Notes under the pieces: generated by a model
What the model saw: the letters and a program-made list of their open reading frames with translations, nothing else
Database searches by the model: none
What the model was told of the DNA's origin: nothing
Shown: positions 17,792-26,552 of the stretch, piece after piece
How positions within the stretch are numbered: the first letter of the stretch is position 1
How the letters are laid out: each line of letters begins with the position of its first letter
NCBI GenBank assembly: GCA_036307825.1
Contig: JAXJWW010000104.1
Span: forward strand, 10,678-74,677
Length of the DNA: 64,000 nucleotides
Direction: 5' to 3'
DNA from: Treponemataceae bacterium
GTDB lineage: Bacteria; Spirochaetota; Spirochaetia; Treponematales; Treponemataceae
Program-made: the position numbers and the translations under genes

Positions 17792-18682
17792 ATGAACAAG
17801 AAATTTATTTTATTTTGTCTAATATTTTTTGGAACTTTGCATTTTGTTTTTTCTCAAGAAACAGAACAAGAACCTATAAATCAAATTGATAAACTTAATT
17901 CAAATATAAGTACCCTTTCACAACTTGAGCTTAGAACATCAGCTCAAATGCTGATAAATCCAACAAGAGATTTTCAAGGCATTTTTAATTTATTCTTACC
18001 AAAATCTTTTACTAAAAAAGGAAAATTAGGAATTGCCTCTTTGAAAAAATTAGAAAAAAATAAATCAGAAATACAATCTCTTGCTTTACAGATGGAAAAT
18101 TCCACTAAACAAAATTTGTATACTACAAATCAAATGGAATATAAAAGTTCAATTGCCTGGGCTTTGTCAACTGGATTTGGTGTCGGAAACTTTACTCAAG
18201 GTGATATAGGTTTTGGAACTTTATTTGCCTTGGCAGATATTTCTTCAGCAGCACTCTTGATAGCAGGTGCTGTAAACACTGTAGAAAAAGCAATGATAAC
18301 AGACGATACAGGATGGAGTCTTTCATTATTTTTCTATTCAATTTTACCATATCCAATGTTTTGTGTAGATTTACTTGTTTCTCTTTTTACAATTTCAAGT
18401 GATGGAGCAAGTGGAATGTTTCCTCTTTTACAAGGAGCTTGTACTGTTTTATTTCATGAAGATGTATTTAAAACTTTTTTACCATGGGCAATTACGGGAC
18501 TTGGAATAAAAATTACAAGTACGGTATTTCAGTGTATAAGAGCAAAAACTCGTGCAACAAAATACAACAGAACTTTAGCAGAAGCCTTGATGTTAGATTT
18601 AGATGTTGAAAATATAAGTTTTTCTCCAATAATAAATCCTATAGACAAAAACTTTGGATTGGCTGTAGCAGTAAATTTCTAA
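17792..18682 (+). CDS. hypothetical membrane protein with signal peptide
   Basis: ATG 17792 follows GGAGGG. The N-terminal signal and several hydrophobic segments lie in the C-terminal half. Confidence 0.5.
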   Translation: MNKKFILFCLIFFGTLHFVFSQETEQEPINQIDKLNSNISTLSQLELRTSAQMLINPTRDFQGIFNLFLPKSFTKKGKLGIASLKKLEKNKSEIQSLALQMENSTKQNLYTTNQMEYKSSIAWALSTGFGVGNFTQGDIGFGTLFALADISSAALLIAGAVNTVEKAMITDDTGWSLSLFFYSILPYPMFCVDLLVSLFTISSDGASGMFPLLQGACTVLFHEDVFKTFLPWAITGLGIKITSTVFQCIRAKTRATKYNRTLAEALMLDLDVENISFSPIINPIDKNFGLAVAVNF

Positions 18683-18728
18683 TTTACCCATAAAAACAAA
18701 AATTTTTCAAAAAAAATTCATTTTTCTC

Positions 18729-18759
18729 TTGCTCATTACGCTGCGTAATATTGTAGAAT
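18729..18759 (+). promoter_or_regulatory. MerR-type promoter/operator (19-bp spacer)
   Basis: TTGCTC-19-TAGAAT with a perfect 7-1-7 palindrome ATTACGC-T-GCGTAAT (18735-18749) inside the spacer, 50 nt upstream of the MerR gene. Confidence 0.6.
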
Positions 18760-18809
18760 GTCAGTATCAAGGATGAAAACTTGATAAACTTTCTTGCAGG
18801 AGTGATTTT

Positions 18810-19559
18810 ATGCCAACACAAAATATGTATTCAACTGGAGAAGTTGCAAAAATCTGTGGAATTACAATTAGAACAGTTCAATATTACGATAATCGTGAAT
18901 TGGTTGTTCCAAGTGGAATTTCGGAAGGTGGAAGACGACTTTATTCAAAAGAAGATTTATCCAAAATGAAAATTGTGTGTTTTTTGCGGGATTTAAATAT
19001 CCCCATAAAAACAGTTTCAGAAATCTTAGAAGAAAAAAATTCTAAAAAAGTTATTTCACTTTTGCTAAAGGAACAAAAATTAATTTTACAAAATGAAATT
19101 AATGAAAAAGAAAACAAACTTAAAATCCTAAATGGATTGGAAGAATGTTTGGAAGATTCCTTGTCAGAAGATTTAATAGAACGAGTTAACAAGAAGGTGG
19201 AAGAAATGGAAAACACAAAAGACAAAAAAGCATTACAAAAAATTAGAGAAACAATTATAGGAGTTGGAATTCCTCTTGAACTTATTGAAATTGCAACTTT
19301 TATTCTTGGGCTAAAAACTGGAATTTGGTGGCCTTTTGCAATCGGAATGGTTCTTGTAATCATCGGTGCGATTTTTATCAGTAAATTTTATTTTACAAAA
19401 ATAAATTATATCTGCCCTGAATGTAACAAGGTTTTTAAACCAAGTTTTAATGAAGTTTTTTGGGCAAATCACACACCAACTACACGAAAATTAACTTGCC
19501 CTCATTGTAAGATAAAAAGTTTTTGTGTAGAAACAACAAGAGAAATTGATGCTGAATAA
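18810..19559 (+). CDS. MerR-family regulator with two C-terminal TM helices and a zinc ribbon
   Basis: N-terminal YSTGEVAKICGITIRTVQYYDNRELV...GGRRLYS HTH, a coiled coil, hydrophobic LELIEIATFILGL and WWPFAIGMVLVIIGAIFI, then CPEC...CPHC. Confidence 0.75.
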   Translation: MPTQNMYSTGEVAKICGITIRTVQYYDNRELVVPSGISEGGRRLYSKEDLSKMKIVCFLRDLNIPIKTVSEILEEKNSKKVISLLLKEQKLILQNEINEKENKLKILNGLEECLEDSLSEDLIERVNKKVEEMENTKDKKALQKIRETIIGVGIPLELIEIATFILGLKTGIWWPFAIGMVLVIIGAIFISKFYFTKINYICPECNKVFKPSFNEVFWANHTPTTRKLTCPHCKIKSFCVETTREIDAE

Positions 19560-19617
19560 AAATCAACATCAAGTAAATAAATCAATTTTCAACAAATAAA
19601 CAACAAAGGAATTTTTT

Positions 19618-20460
19618 ATGGAAAACTTAAACAACAAAACACAAACAAAAAAAACTTTTTGGCAAAAAATTAAAAAGCCCTTTTTCTTTACACTTGCATT
19701 TTTGCCAATCATCATAGTTGCATCAATTTTTACTAGCCTTTACACATTTGACTTGTATCCACCAGAAATGTTAGAAGAAGCAATCGCAGCAGTTGGAAGC
19801 AAAACAATGTTCATGTTAGTTACTGCAATTCAGAATGTTGGTACAATTGCCTTTGCAACTTTCTTTGGATATATCCTTGCCGAAAAACTTGGGCTTATTC
19901 GTTCTATAAAAAAAGATGGAAAAATCAAAATTTTTGAAAAAAAAGCAATTTTGGTAACTTGCATTGTTTCAGTTATTTGCGGAATTTTATTCAGCTTAGA
20001 TTATTGGACATTTGGAGCAGTAATTCCACAAATTCAACAAGCAGACGGACTAGGACTAACACCAATATCTTTTGTTGCAAGTATTCTTTACGGTGGAATT
20101 TGCGAAGAACTTATGCTTAGACTTTTTGTGCTTTCACTTTTTGCTTTTATTATCTGGAAAGTATTTTTTAGAAAATCAACAAAATTGCAAGCAGAAAATA
20201 ATTCACAAATACAAATTTCCCCTGTAGTATTTTTGATTGCAAACATTGTTGCAAGTTTACTTTTTGCAGCAGGACATTTACCTGCAACACAAGTTACCTT
20301 TGGAATAACTCCGCTTATCTTATTCAGATGCTTTTTATACAACGGCGGAATGGGATATATTTTTGGATGGCTTTACATTAAGTACGGATTGCAATATTCA
20401 ATGCTTTCTCATGCCTTGTGCCATATTGTAAGCAAAGTAATTTGGTTATTATTCATATAA
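19618..20460 (+). CDS. CPBP (CAAX) family intramembrane glutamic endopeptidase
   Basis: EELMLRLF (EExxxR), FAAGH and HALCH motifs. Polytopic. Confidence 0.75.
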   Translation: MENLNNKTQTKKTFWQKIKKPFFFTLAFLPIIIVASIFTSLYTFDLYPPEMLEEAIAAVGSKTMFMLVTAIQNVGTIAFATFFGYILAEKLGLIRSIKKDGKIKIFEKKAILVTCIVSVICGILFSLDYWTFGAVIPQIQQADGLGLTPISFVASILYGGICEELMLRLFVLSLFAFIIWKVFFRKSTKLQAENNSQIQISPVVFLIANIVASLLFAAGHLPATQVTFGITPLILFRCFLYNGGMGYIFGWLYIKYGLQYSMLSHALCHIVSKVIWLLFI

Positions 20461-20550
20461 AAAAACAATTTGACAGATAGATTTTAACATAATAAAATAT
20501 AATTAGTAGAAATATCTATTTCAAACTGTTTTTTTTAGGAGAGTTTCAAG

Positions 20551-20949
20551 ATGAAAGAGACACACGGAACACAAGAAGTTGAAGTTGTTGCAGGAAGAAA
20601 TGTAGTAGTTTCAGCAGGAATTGGAAAAACAAACACAGATGACCTAAAATGGTTGATGTCTACTGTACTTTCAAAGGCAAGTGCATGGAAAGCAACTGGT
20701 TGGGCTTATGTCGCAGATTGTACAAAAATGGAACCAGTTGGACCAGGTGAAATTGGGCAACTTGTTGAAATGACAAAAGCATTTGTAGAAGCAGGATGTA
20801 AAGCATTTGGATTTGCAGAAGGCGATTCTCTTATGTTAAAAGTTCAAACAAAGAAAAATACACAAATGTCAGATACAGGCGTTATCGAAGGTCACTTTGC
20901 AACAGTACCAGAAGTTCTTGAGTGGCTAAAAACAGATATGAGTTTATAA
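20551..20949 (+). CDS. hypothetical protein
   Basis: 132-aa ORF with an AGGAG SD and a downstream terminator. No motif recognised. Confidence 0.5.
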   Translation: MKETHGTQEVEVVAGRNVVVSAGIGKTNTDDLKWLMSTVLSKASAWKATGWAYVADCTKMEPVGPGEIGQLVEMTKAFVEAGCKAFGFAEGDSLMLKVQTKKNTQMSDTGVIEGHFATVPEVLEWLKTDMSL

Positions 20950-20973
20950 TTCATTTAGATAATTGAATTTGAG

Positions 20974-21011
20974 TGCATCCAATATTTTAATAAGTTGGAT
21001 GCATTTTTTTT
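20974..21011. terminator. bidirectional rho-independent terminator
   Basis: TGCATCCAA / TTGGATGCA stem followed by T8. Confidence 0.75.
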
Positions 21012-22434
21012 AAAATTCAAAAGGAACGCTAAATTCCATAATTTCGTTTGTAGTAGGATGAGTAAATTTTAAATAAAAGGCTTGTAAACAAAGTCTCTCA
21101 TCAGAAAAAATCTTTCCGTAAAGACGGTCGCCAACAATCCCTAAGCCTAAACCTTTTTCGTGGGCAGAATGTAGTCGCAACTGATGAGTCCGTCCTGTAA
21201 TAGGCATAAATTCCACACGAGTTCGCCAAAGTGAATCTTGTTCATGTTCACCTTGCAAAAAACTTTCTTCCAATGAAAATTCTTCTATTATTTTCCATTC
21301 TGTAGTTGCCATTCTTCCGTATTCTTCATCGTAAATTTGATATGGACGATTATCTAAATCCACCCGCATCGGAAATTCAATTTTTCCACAAGTGATATTT
21401 TCAAGTCGCTCAGAGAGTTTTCCTCTAAGCAAAGCCTGATATTTTTTTTCAACTTTTCTATCTTGAAACTGAATCGAAAGATTTCTATGAGATTCTTTTG
21501 TTAAACCTAAAACCAAAATTCCAGAAGTATCCATATCCAAACGATGCACAGAAGGTTGCTCAATACAATCTGGAATAAGTTTTCTAACTCGAGTGCTTAT
21601 GCAGTCAAACTTATCTTCACCCTTCCCTGGAACTGACAAAACTCCAGAAGGTTTATTTACAACAATAATTTGTTCATCTCTGTATAAAACTTCTAATCCC
21701 AGCATTTTGGGTAAAACATAACCACATTTTTCATCACAAGGTGGATAAAATTCTTTGTGCTTTTTCAAGGCTGAAGAAGGCTCTTTTCCGTAAAAAAATT
21801 CTGCAAGGCTTATAGGTTGCAATCCTTTTTTGTATGCGTGATTTAACAATTTTGGAGCACAACAATCCCCTGTTCCCGTTGGAAAATTAAAATTTTTTGG
21901 GAATAAGGCATTTTCTAATTCCAATTCTTTTTGTAAGGTTTTGTAAGTTTTTACTGAACCGTCAAAACAAGTAAATTCGTAGAATCCGTAAATATTTTGC
22001 AAAGATTCTTGAGAAAGTTCTTTTCGTTTTTTTCGTAAATTATGAAGGATTTTTCCGTCTTCGCCATAAATTTTATTTTGCAAAGTAAGTTCTTCAATTT
22101 GGCTTGTCAATTTTTTAATTTCTGGGTCAGCACGATTTACTTCATTTTGCCATTTTTCAACTTCAAAACAAGGATTTACCCAACCTGAGATTTGCCAATT
22201 TCCGTTGTACTGCCCCGAAAATGCTTTTAATACAACAGTTTTATTTGTATATGGAATTTTACAAACCAAAACTCCCATCATCAAACCACATTCATTCAAA
22301 ACATAATCAAGACTGAATTTTGGATTTCTAAATTCTTCATTTACACAAAAATCCATACAGCCATATTTTTCAAGTTGTTCAATGAGTAAAATACATTCTT
22401 TTTTTGCTTCATCTTGGGGAAACGGAGGAAACAT
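21010..22434 (-). CDS. RluA-family pseudouridine synthase with about 240-aa N-terminal extension
   Basis: C-terminal half has HRLDMDTSGILVLG and the RluA core. The N-terminal half carries GDCCAPKLL ... PPCDEKC. Confidence 0.8.
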   Translation of the reverse strand: MFPPFPQDEAKKECILLIEQLEKYGCMDFCVNEEFRNPKFSLDYVLNECGLMMGVLVCKIPYTNKTVVLKAFSGQYNGNWQISGWVNPCFEVEKWQNEVNRADPEIKKLTSQIEELTLQNKIYGEDGKILHNLRKKRKELSQESLQNIYGFYEFTCFDGSVKTYKTLQKELELENALFPKNFNFPTGTGDCCAPKLLNHAYKKGLQPISLAEFFYGKEPSSALKKHKEFYPPCDEKCGYVLPKMLGLEVLYRDEQIIVVNKPSGVLSVPGKGEDKFDCISTRVRKLIPDCIEQPSVHRLDMDTSGILVLGLTKESHRNLSIQFQDRKVEKKYQALLRGKLSERLENITCGKIEFPMRVDLDNRPYQIYDEEYGRMATTEWKIIEEFSLEESFLQGEHEQDSLWRTRVEFMPITGRTHQLRLHSAHEKGLGLGIVGDRLYGKIFSDERLCLQAFYLKFTHPTTNEIMEFSVPFEF

Positions 22435-22461
22435 TTATTTTACAAAGCCTTTTTAGAAAAA

Positions 22462-23196
22462 TTAGCAAGATAAGTTGCGAATTTCCATTGTATCATCAGA
22501 TTTTGCAACAAAAACGATTGGCTTATTTTTTGTAAAAAATCCAGTTTCTACAACACCAGTAATAGAATTGATTTTTTCTTCCATTTCTACAGGATTTACA
22601 GGATTTTGCCAAAGACAATCTAAAATTTGATTTCCGTTATCTGTTACAACTGGTCCGCATTTTCTAACGCCTTCACGCAAAGTACATTTTGCACCAAGTG
22701 ATTCAAGTTCTCTAACGATAGAAACTCTTGCTTCTGGAATAATTTCTACAGGAAGTGCAAATTTTGTTCCTAAATCACAAACAGCTTTTGATTCATCAGC
22801 AATAATTACATATTTTTTTGAATTATATGCAACGATTTTTTCTAAAAGAAGAGCAGCTCCGCCACCTTTTATAAGGTTTGCGTCAACATCAATTTCATCT
22901 GCACCATCAATTGATAAATCTAATTCACCTTTGATTTCTGGAGAGTTCATAGAAAAAACTGGGATTCCTAATTCTTCACAAGCGATAGTTGTTTGAAAAC
23001 TTGTAGAAACAGCCTTAATGTTTGACAAAGTTCCGTCTTTTATTCTAAGAGCAACTTGTTTTACAGCGTGCATTGCAGTAGAACCTGTTCCAAGACCGAT
23101 TTTCATTCCAGAAAAAATTAAACCTTTTTCAATTAAAGTATCAATTGCTACTTTTCCAACCTTTTCTTTTTGTTCATTCTGAGTCAATGTTTTCAT
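22462..23196 (-). CDS. rpiA: ribose-5-phosphate isomerase A
   Basis: GLGTGSTA, DGADE and KGGGAALLLEK motifs. Confidence 0.9.
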   Translation of the reverse strand: MKTLTQNEQKEKVGKVAIDTLIEKGLIFSGMKIGLGTGSTAMHAVKQVALRIKDGTLSNIKAVSTSFQTTIACEELGIPVFSMNSPEIKGELDLSIDGADEIDVDANLIKGGGAALLLEKIVAYNSKKYVIIADESKAVCDLGTKFALPVEIIPEARVSIVRELESLGAKCTLREGVRKCGPVVTDNGNQILDCLWQNPVNPVEMEEKINSITGVVETGFFTKNKPIVFVAKSDDTMEIRNLSC

Positions 23197-24691
23197 ATTT
23201 TACTCCAGTAAATAATTCAAATTGTTTATATCCTTGATATTTTAACATATCAAATCCATTTGCTGTTTTACATCCAGCCATTTGTGCCCGATTCAAAATC
23301 GGTGTAACTTGGGGATGATAAATTACATCGTAAACATTTTCATATCCTTTGAAATTATAAAAATGCAAAGGATCATTTTTTGAATCCGAAATTTCTTTTT
23401 CACCTACTGCCAATCCCATTGATGTAGTTTGAATAATAAGTGAAGAATAAAGTTCTAGTTTGTGTAAAGATTCAGAAGTTAAAGGCGCATAATCAAATCC
23501 GTATTCCTGCGCAAGAGCTTTTGCTTTAGAAACAGTTCTGTTAAAAATACAAGCCTTTCCTTTTAATTTTTTTATAACATAAGCAATTGCTCTTGCGGCT
23601 CCTCCCGCTCCAATAATTGCAACTTTACAATGTCTTAGATTTTTTACACCTAAAAATTCCAAAAGTGAACGCTGAAAACCTTCTGCGTCAGTATTGTATC
23701 CTAACCAATCTTCTCCATGTCGGATAATTGTATTTGAAGCACCAATATCACCAACTGATTCAGAAACTGTTGTTAAATGAGGCAAAACGTCTTCTTTATG
23801 AGGAACAGTAACAGACATTCCTTTTATTCCAAGTTCTTGTGCAAATTCTAAGGCTTCTTCAATTTTTTTTGCTCTAACTGGAATATACAAAGAATTCATA
23901 CCATGTTTTTTATATCCAGAATTATGAAGTTCTGGACTTGCTGTTGCACTTAGCGGATATCCAGTAATTCCATAGAGAGTTGTTTTGTCATCAATGTTTC
24001 TAAAATTATAAATTTCGTTCAAAGTGATAGGGTCAATTTGACCAATTTCAGAAAGAATTGAATTTTCTTGTTTTGGTGAAGTATAAGTGATACAAGAATT
24101 AATTTTATTTGCTAAAATTCTTGTTGCTTGTCCTAAAGGCCCCATGGCAATAATGATATGTTCAAAATCAGTTATGTTTTTTGCTTGTTTAAACATTTGA
24201 GTTACATCAGACAAAGATTGTGGCATACAAGCAATTTTAGGAATTTCAAAACCAGTTGTTCGCATTTTTTGCATCATATCAGCAATATTTGAAACCATAC
24301 CAGTCATATTATGATAACTACGAATAATTTTTGTTCCGAAAGCCAAGGCAGCATCTTGCAAACTTGAAACATTATAATCAGATTCCATATCGATGTATGC
24401 AAAGTTTTTTCTGCTATCTTTTTCAGCATAAGCCAAAGCCCTTGCAAAAAGTGTTGTTCTAGAAACTTCTGTTCCATCGAATAAACCACCGTCATTTTTT
24501 CTGCGGATAGTTAAAATACAAGGAATACCTGCAAGTTCTGGAAATTTACGAATCAATAATCTTTCATTTGGCAAAAGATAATCAACTCTAAGTTCAACAA
24601 TATCAATATAATTTCTGTAAGTTTCAATTAAATCTAAGTCTTCTTGAATTGTCTTTCCTGTAAGACATAAACAAATCTTTGAACGCTGCAT
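23174..24691 (-). CDS. bifunctional type I 3-dehydroquinate dehydratase / shikimate dehydrogenase
   Basis: 505 aa. N-terminal AroD-like half. C-terminal AroE half with the GAGGAARA NADP site. 23-nt overlap with rpiA. Confidence 0.8.
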   Translation of the reverse strand: MQRSKICLCLTGKTIQEDLDLIETYRNYIDIVELRVDYLLPNERLLIRKFPELAGIPCILTIRRKNDGGLFDGTEVSRTTLFARALAYAEKDSRKNFAYIDMESDYNVSSLQDAALAFGTKIIRSYHNMTGMVSNIADMMQKMRTTGFEIPKIACMPQSLSDVTQMFKQAKNITDFEHIIIAMGPLGQATRILANKINSCITYTSPKQENSILSEIGQIDPITLNEIYNFRNIDDKTTLYGITGYPLSATASPELHNSGYKKHGMNSLYIPVRAKKIEEALEFAQELGIKGMSVTVPHKEDVLPHLTTVSESVGDIGASNTIIRHGEDWLGYNTDAEGFQRSLLEFLGVKNLRHCKVAIIGAGGAARAIAYVIKKLKGKACIFNRTVSKAKALAQEYGFDYAPLTSESLHKLELYSSLIIQTTSMGLAVGEKEISDSKNDPLHFYNFKGYENVYDVIYHPQVTPILNRAQMAGCKTANGFDMLKYQGYKQFELFTGVKYENIDSE

Positions 24692-24761
24692 ACCTTTGAG
24701 AATACTTTAAATACGGGTATTTTTCAATAGAGAAAAAATATTTAACTAAAGGATTTACAGA

Positions 24762-25016
24762 TTATTGATTTTCAGAATAAGCCTTTCTTACTGCTATAGC
24801 TAATTGGTCAGCACAAGAAGTAGAACGACCTCCACAAGAATTTCCTTTTAAAGTGGATTCAATGTAGTCTACGGTTTTTCCTTCAAGTAACTTAGAAATT
24901 GCTTTTAGATTTCCGTTACAACCACCATAAAAACTGATATTGGAAATTACATCTCCGTCAATATCAAAATTAATTTGTCTTGCGCAAACATTTTCTGTTT
25001 TATATGTATAATTCAT
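24762..25016 (-). CDS. TSCPD-domain small protein (TIGR03905-like)
   Basis: 84 aa. FYGGCNGN...SCGGRSTSCADQLA four-Cys pattern. Confidence 0.65.
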   Translation of the reverse strand: MNYTYKTENVCARQINFDIDGDVISNISFYGGCNGNLKAISKLLEGKTVDYIESTLKGNSCGGRSTSCADQLAIAVRKAYSENQ

Positions 25017-25022
25017 GCTTAA

Positions 25023-25051
25023 ATAATATGAAAGTAAATTGTATAAGTCAA
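25023..25051 (-). promoter_or_regulatory. sigma70-like promoter, candidate leaderless start
   Basis: TTGACT-17-TATTAT on the minus strand. 6-nt gap to ATG 25016. No SD. Confidence 0.55.
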
Positions 25052-25099
25052 GAAAAATCTGAAGTGCACTTTTTTACAAGCACACTTCAGAAAGTAAAA

Positions 25100-26536
25100 T
25101 TAATTTTTTACTATTTTATCTTTGCGTTTTTGTGCAATGATAAGTGGTATTATGAAAAATCCTATTGTTCCTATTGCAACGATAGCAATATACGAAACTG
25201 GATTTCCGATTGGTAGTTGTGCTGGTGGCACAAAGGATAAAACTAGAGCAAACAAAGCAGCTAAAATTCCGATTCCAGCAAGTAATGTTAAAGCAGGAGC
25301 TTTGTAAGGTCGTTCCATATTTGGTTGAGTTTTGCGAAGAACAATGGCAGCAAGATACATCATCAAATACATAATGATATAAACTGCAACTGTCAAAGCA
25401 GAAAGCAAGAAGAAGGCAACGCTTACATCTTTCATTACAAAGTACAAACAAGCCAAAATTGTTACGATAATTCCTTGAATTAGCATCATGTTTTTTGGAG
25501 CACCAGCTTTTGTTGTTTCAGCTAAAGATTCTGGCAAAATTCCGTCTTTTGCTGTACTTAACAAACCTTTACTTGGTCCAGAAATCCAAGACAAAACACC
25601 ACCTAAAGAACCAAATGCAACACAGAATGCCAAAATATACAAAGCCCATTTCATATTTACAGAATCTAGCATTGTAGAAAGAGCTTGCATAAGTCCAGAT
25701 TCAAGTTGAAGTTGTGAATTTGGAACAACAGCAGCAATTGCCAAAGAACCAAAAGTAAACAATACAAAAACAATTATTGAAGAAATAAAAATTGCAGCAG
25801 GATATTGTTTTTTTGGATTTTCCATTTCAGAAGCATGAACAGCCTGAACTTCAACACCAGCAAATAGCAAAATAATCCCTGATAGATAAGAAAGATTATT
25901 GAGATTTGACAAATTTGGAAACCATCGTGGAGTAACTTTTCCATCTACAACTGATGCAACTGCAGTTTCTGCCGCAGTAAGTTCTTCAAAGCCTAAAGGC
26001 TTTTTCATCATCATCCAAACAATTCCTAGGATGATAACAATTACACCAGGTAAAACTGTACCCACAATAAAACCCCAGCTTGTTACTTTTGAAAGAAGTT
26101 TTGTTCCACCAAAAGCGATAAATGTAGCAATCCAATAGAAGATAATAATAAAAAGACCTGTATATCGACCATTGTTTGCAAGTTCAGGTTTTCCAATTCC
26201 GTAAGCAATAGCAGCCGCAGCAAAGGCTAAAACCGTAGGATACCAAACAACATTCTGAATCCATTGTAGCCAAATCGCTGTAAAGCCCCATTTTTTTCCA
26301 AAGGCGGCCCCTACCCAACGATAAACACCACCTTCTTGTCCTGAAAAGGCACTTCCTAATTCTGCAGAAACCAAAGCTGCAGGTATCAAGAAGAAAATCG
26401 TTGCAAAAGCAATGTAGAAAAACATGGTCATTTCTTCTGATGCCATCATCGGTAGACCACGCAAACTGATAATTGCAGCTGCTGTCATGAATGCCATTGC
26501 ACCTGTTGTAATAAAACCCTTCTTCTTATTTTCCAT
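25100..26536 (-). CDS. gadC: APC-family amino acid antiporter, glutamate:GABA antiporter-like
   Basis: 478 aa, about 12 TM. Immediately downstream of glutamate decarboxylase in the same operon. Confidence 0.7.
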   Translation of the reverse strand: MENKKKGFITTGAMAFMTAAAIISLRGLPMMASEEMTMFFYIAFATIFFLIPAALVSAELGSAFSGQEGGVYRWVGAAFGKKWGFTAIWLQWIQNVVWYPTVLAFAAAAIAYGIGKPELANNGRYTGLFIIIFYWIATFIAFGGTKLLSKVTSWGFIVGTVLPGVIVIILGIVWMMMKKPLGFEELTAAETAVASVVDGKVTPRWFPNLSNLNNLSYLSGIILLFAGVEVQAVHASEMENPKKQYPAAIFISSIIVFVLFTFGSLAIAAVVPNSQLQLESGLMQALSTMLDSVNMKWALYILAFCVAFGSLGGVLSWISGPSKGLLSTAKDGILPESLAETTKAGAPKNMMLIQGIIVTILACLYFVMKDVSVAFFLLSALTVAVYIIMYLMMYLAAIVLRKTQPNMERPYKAPALTLLAGIGILAALFALVLSFVPPAQLPIGNPVSYIAIVAIGTIGFFIIPLIIAQKRKDKIVKN

Positions 26537-26552
26537 TTTTCACCTAACCTAT

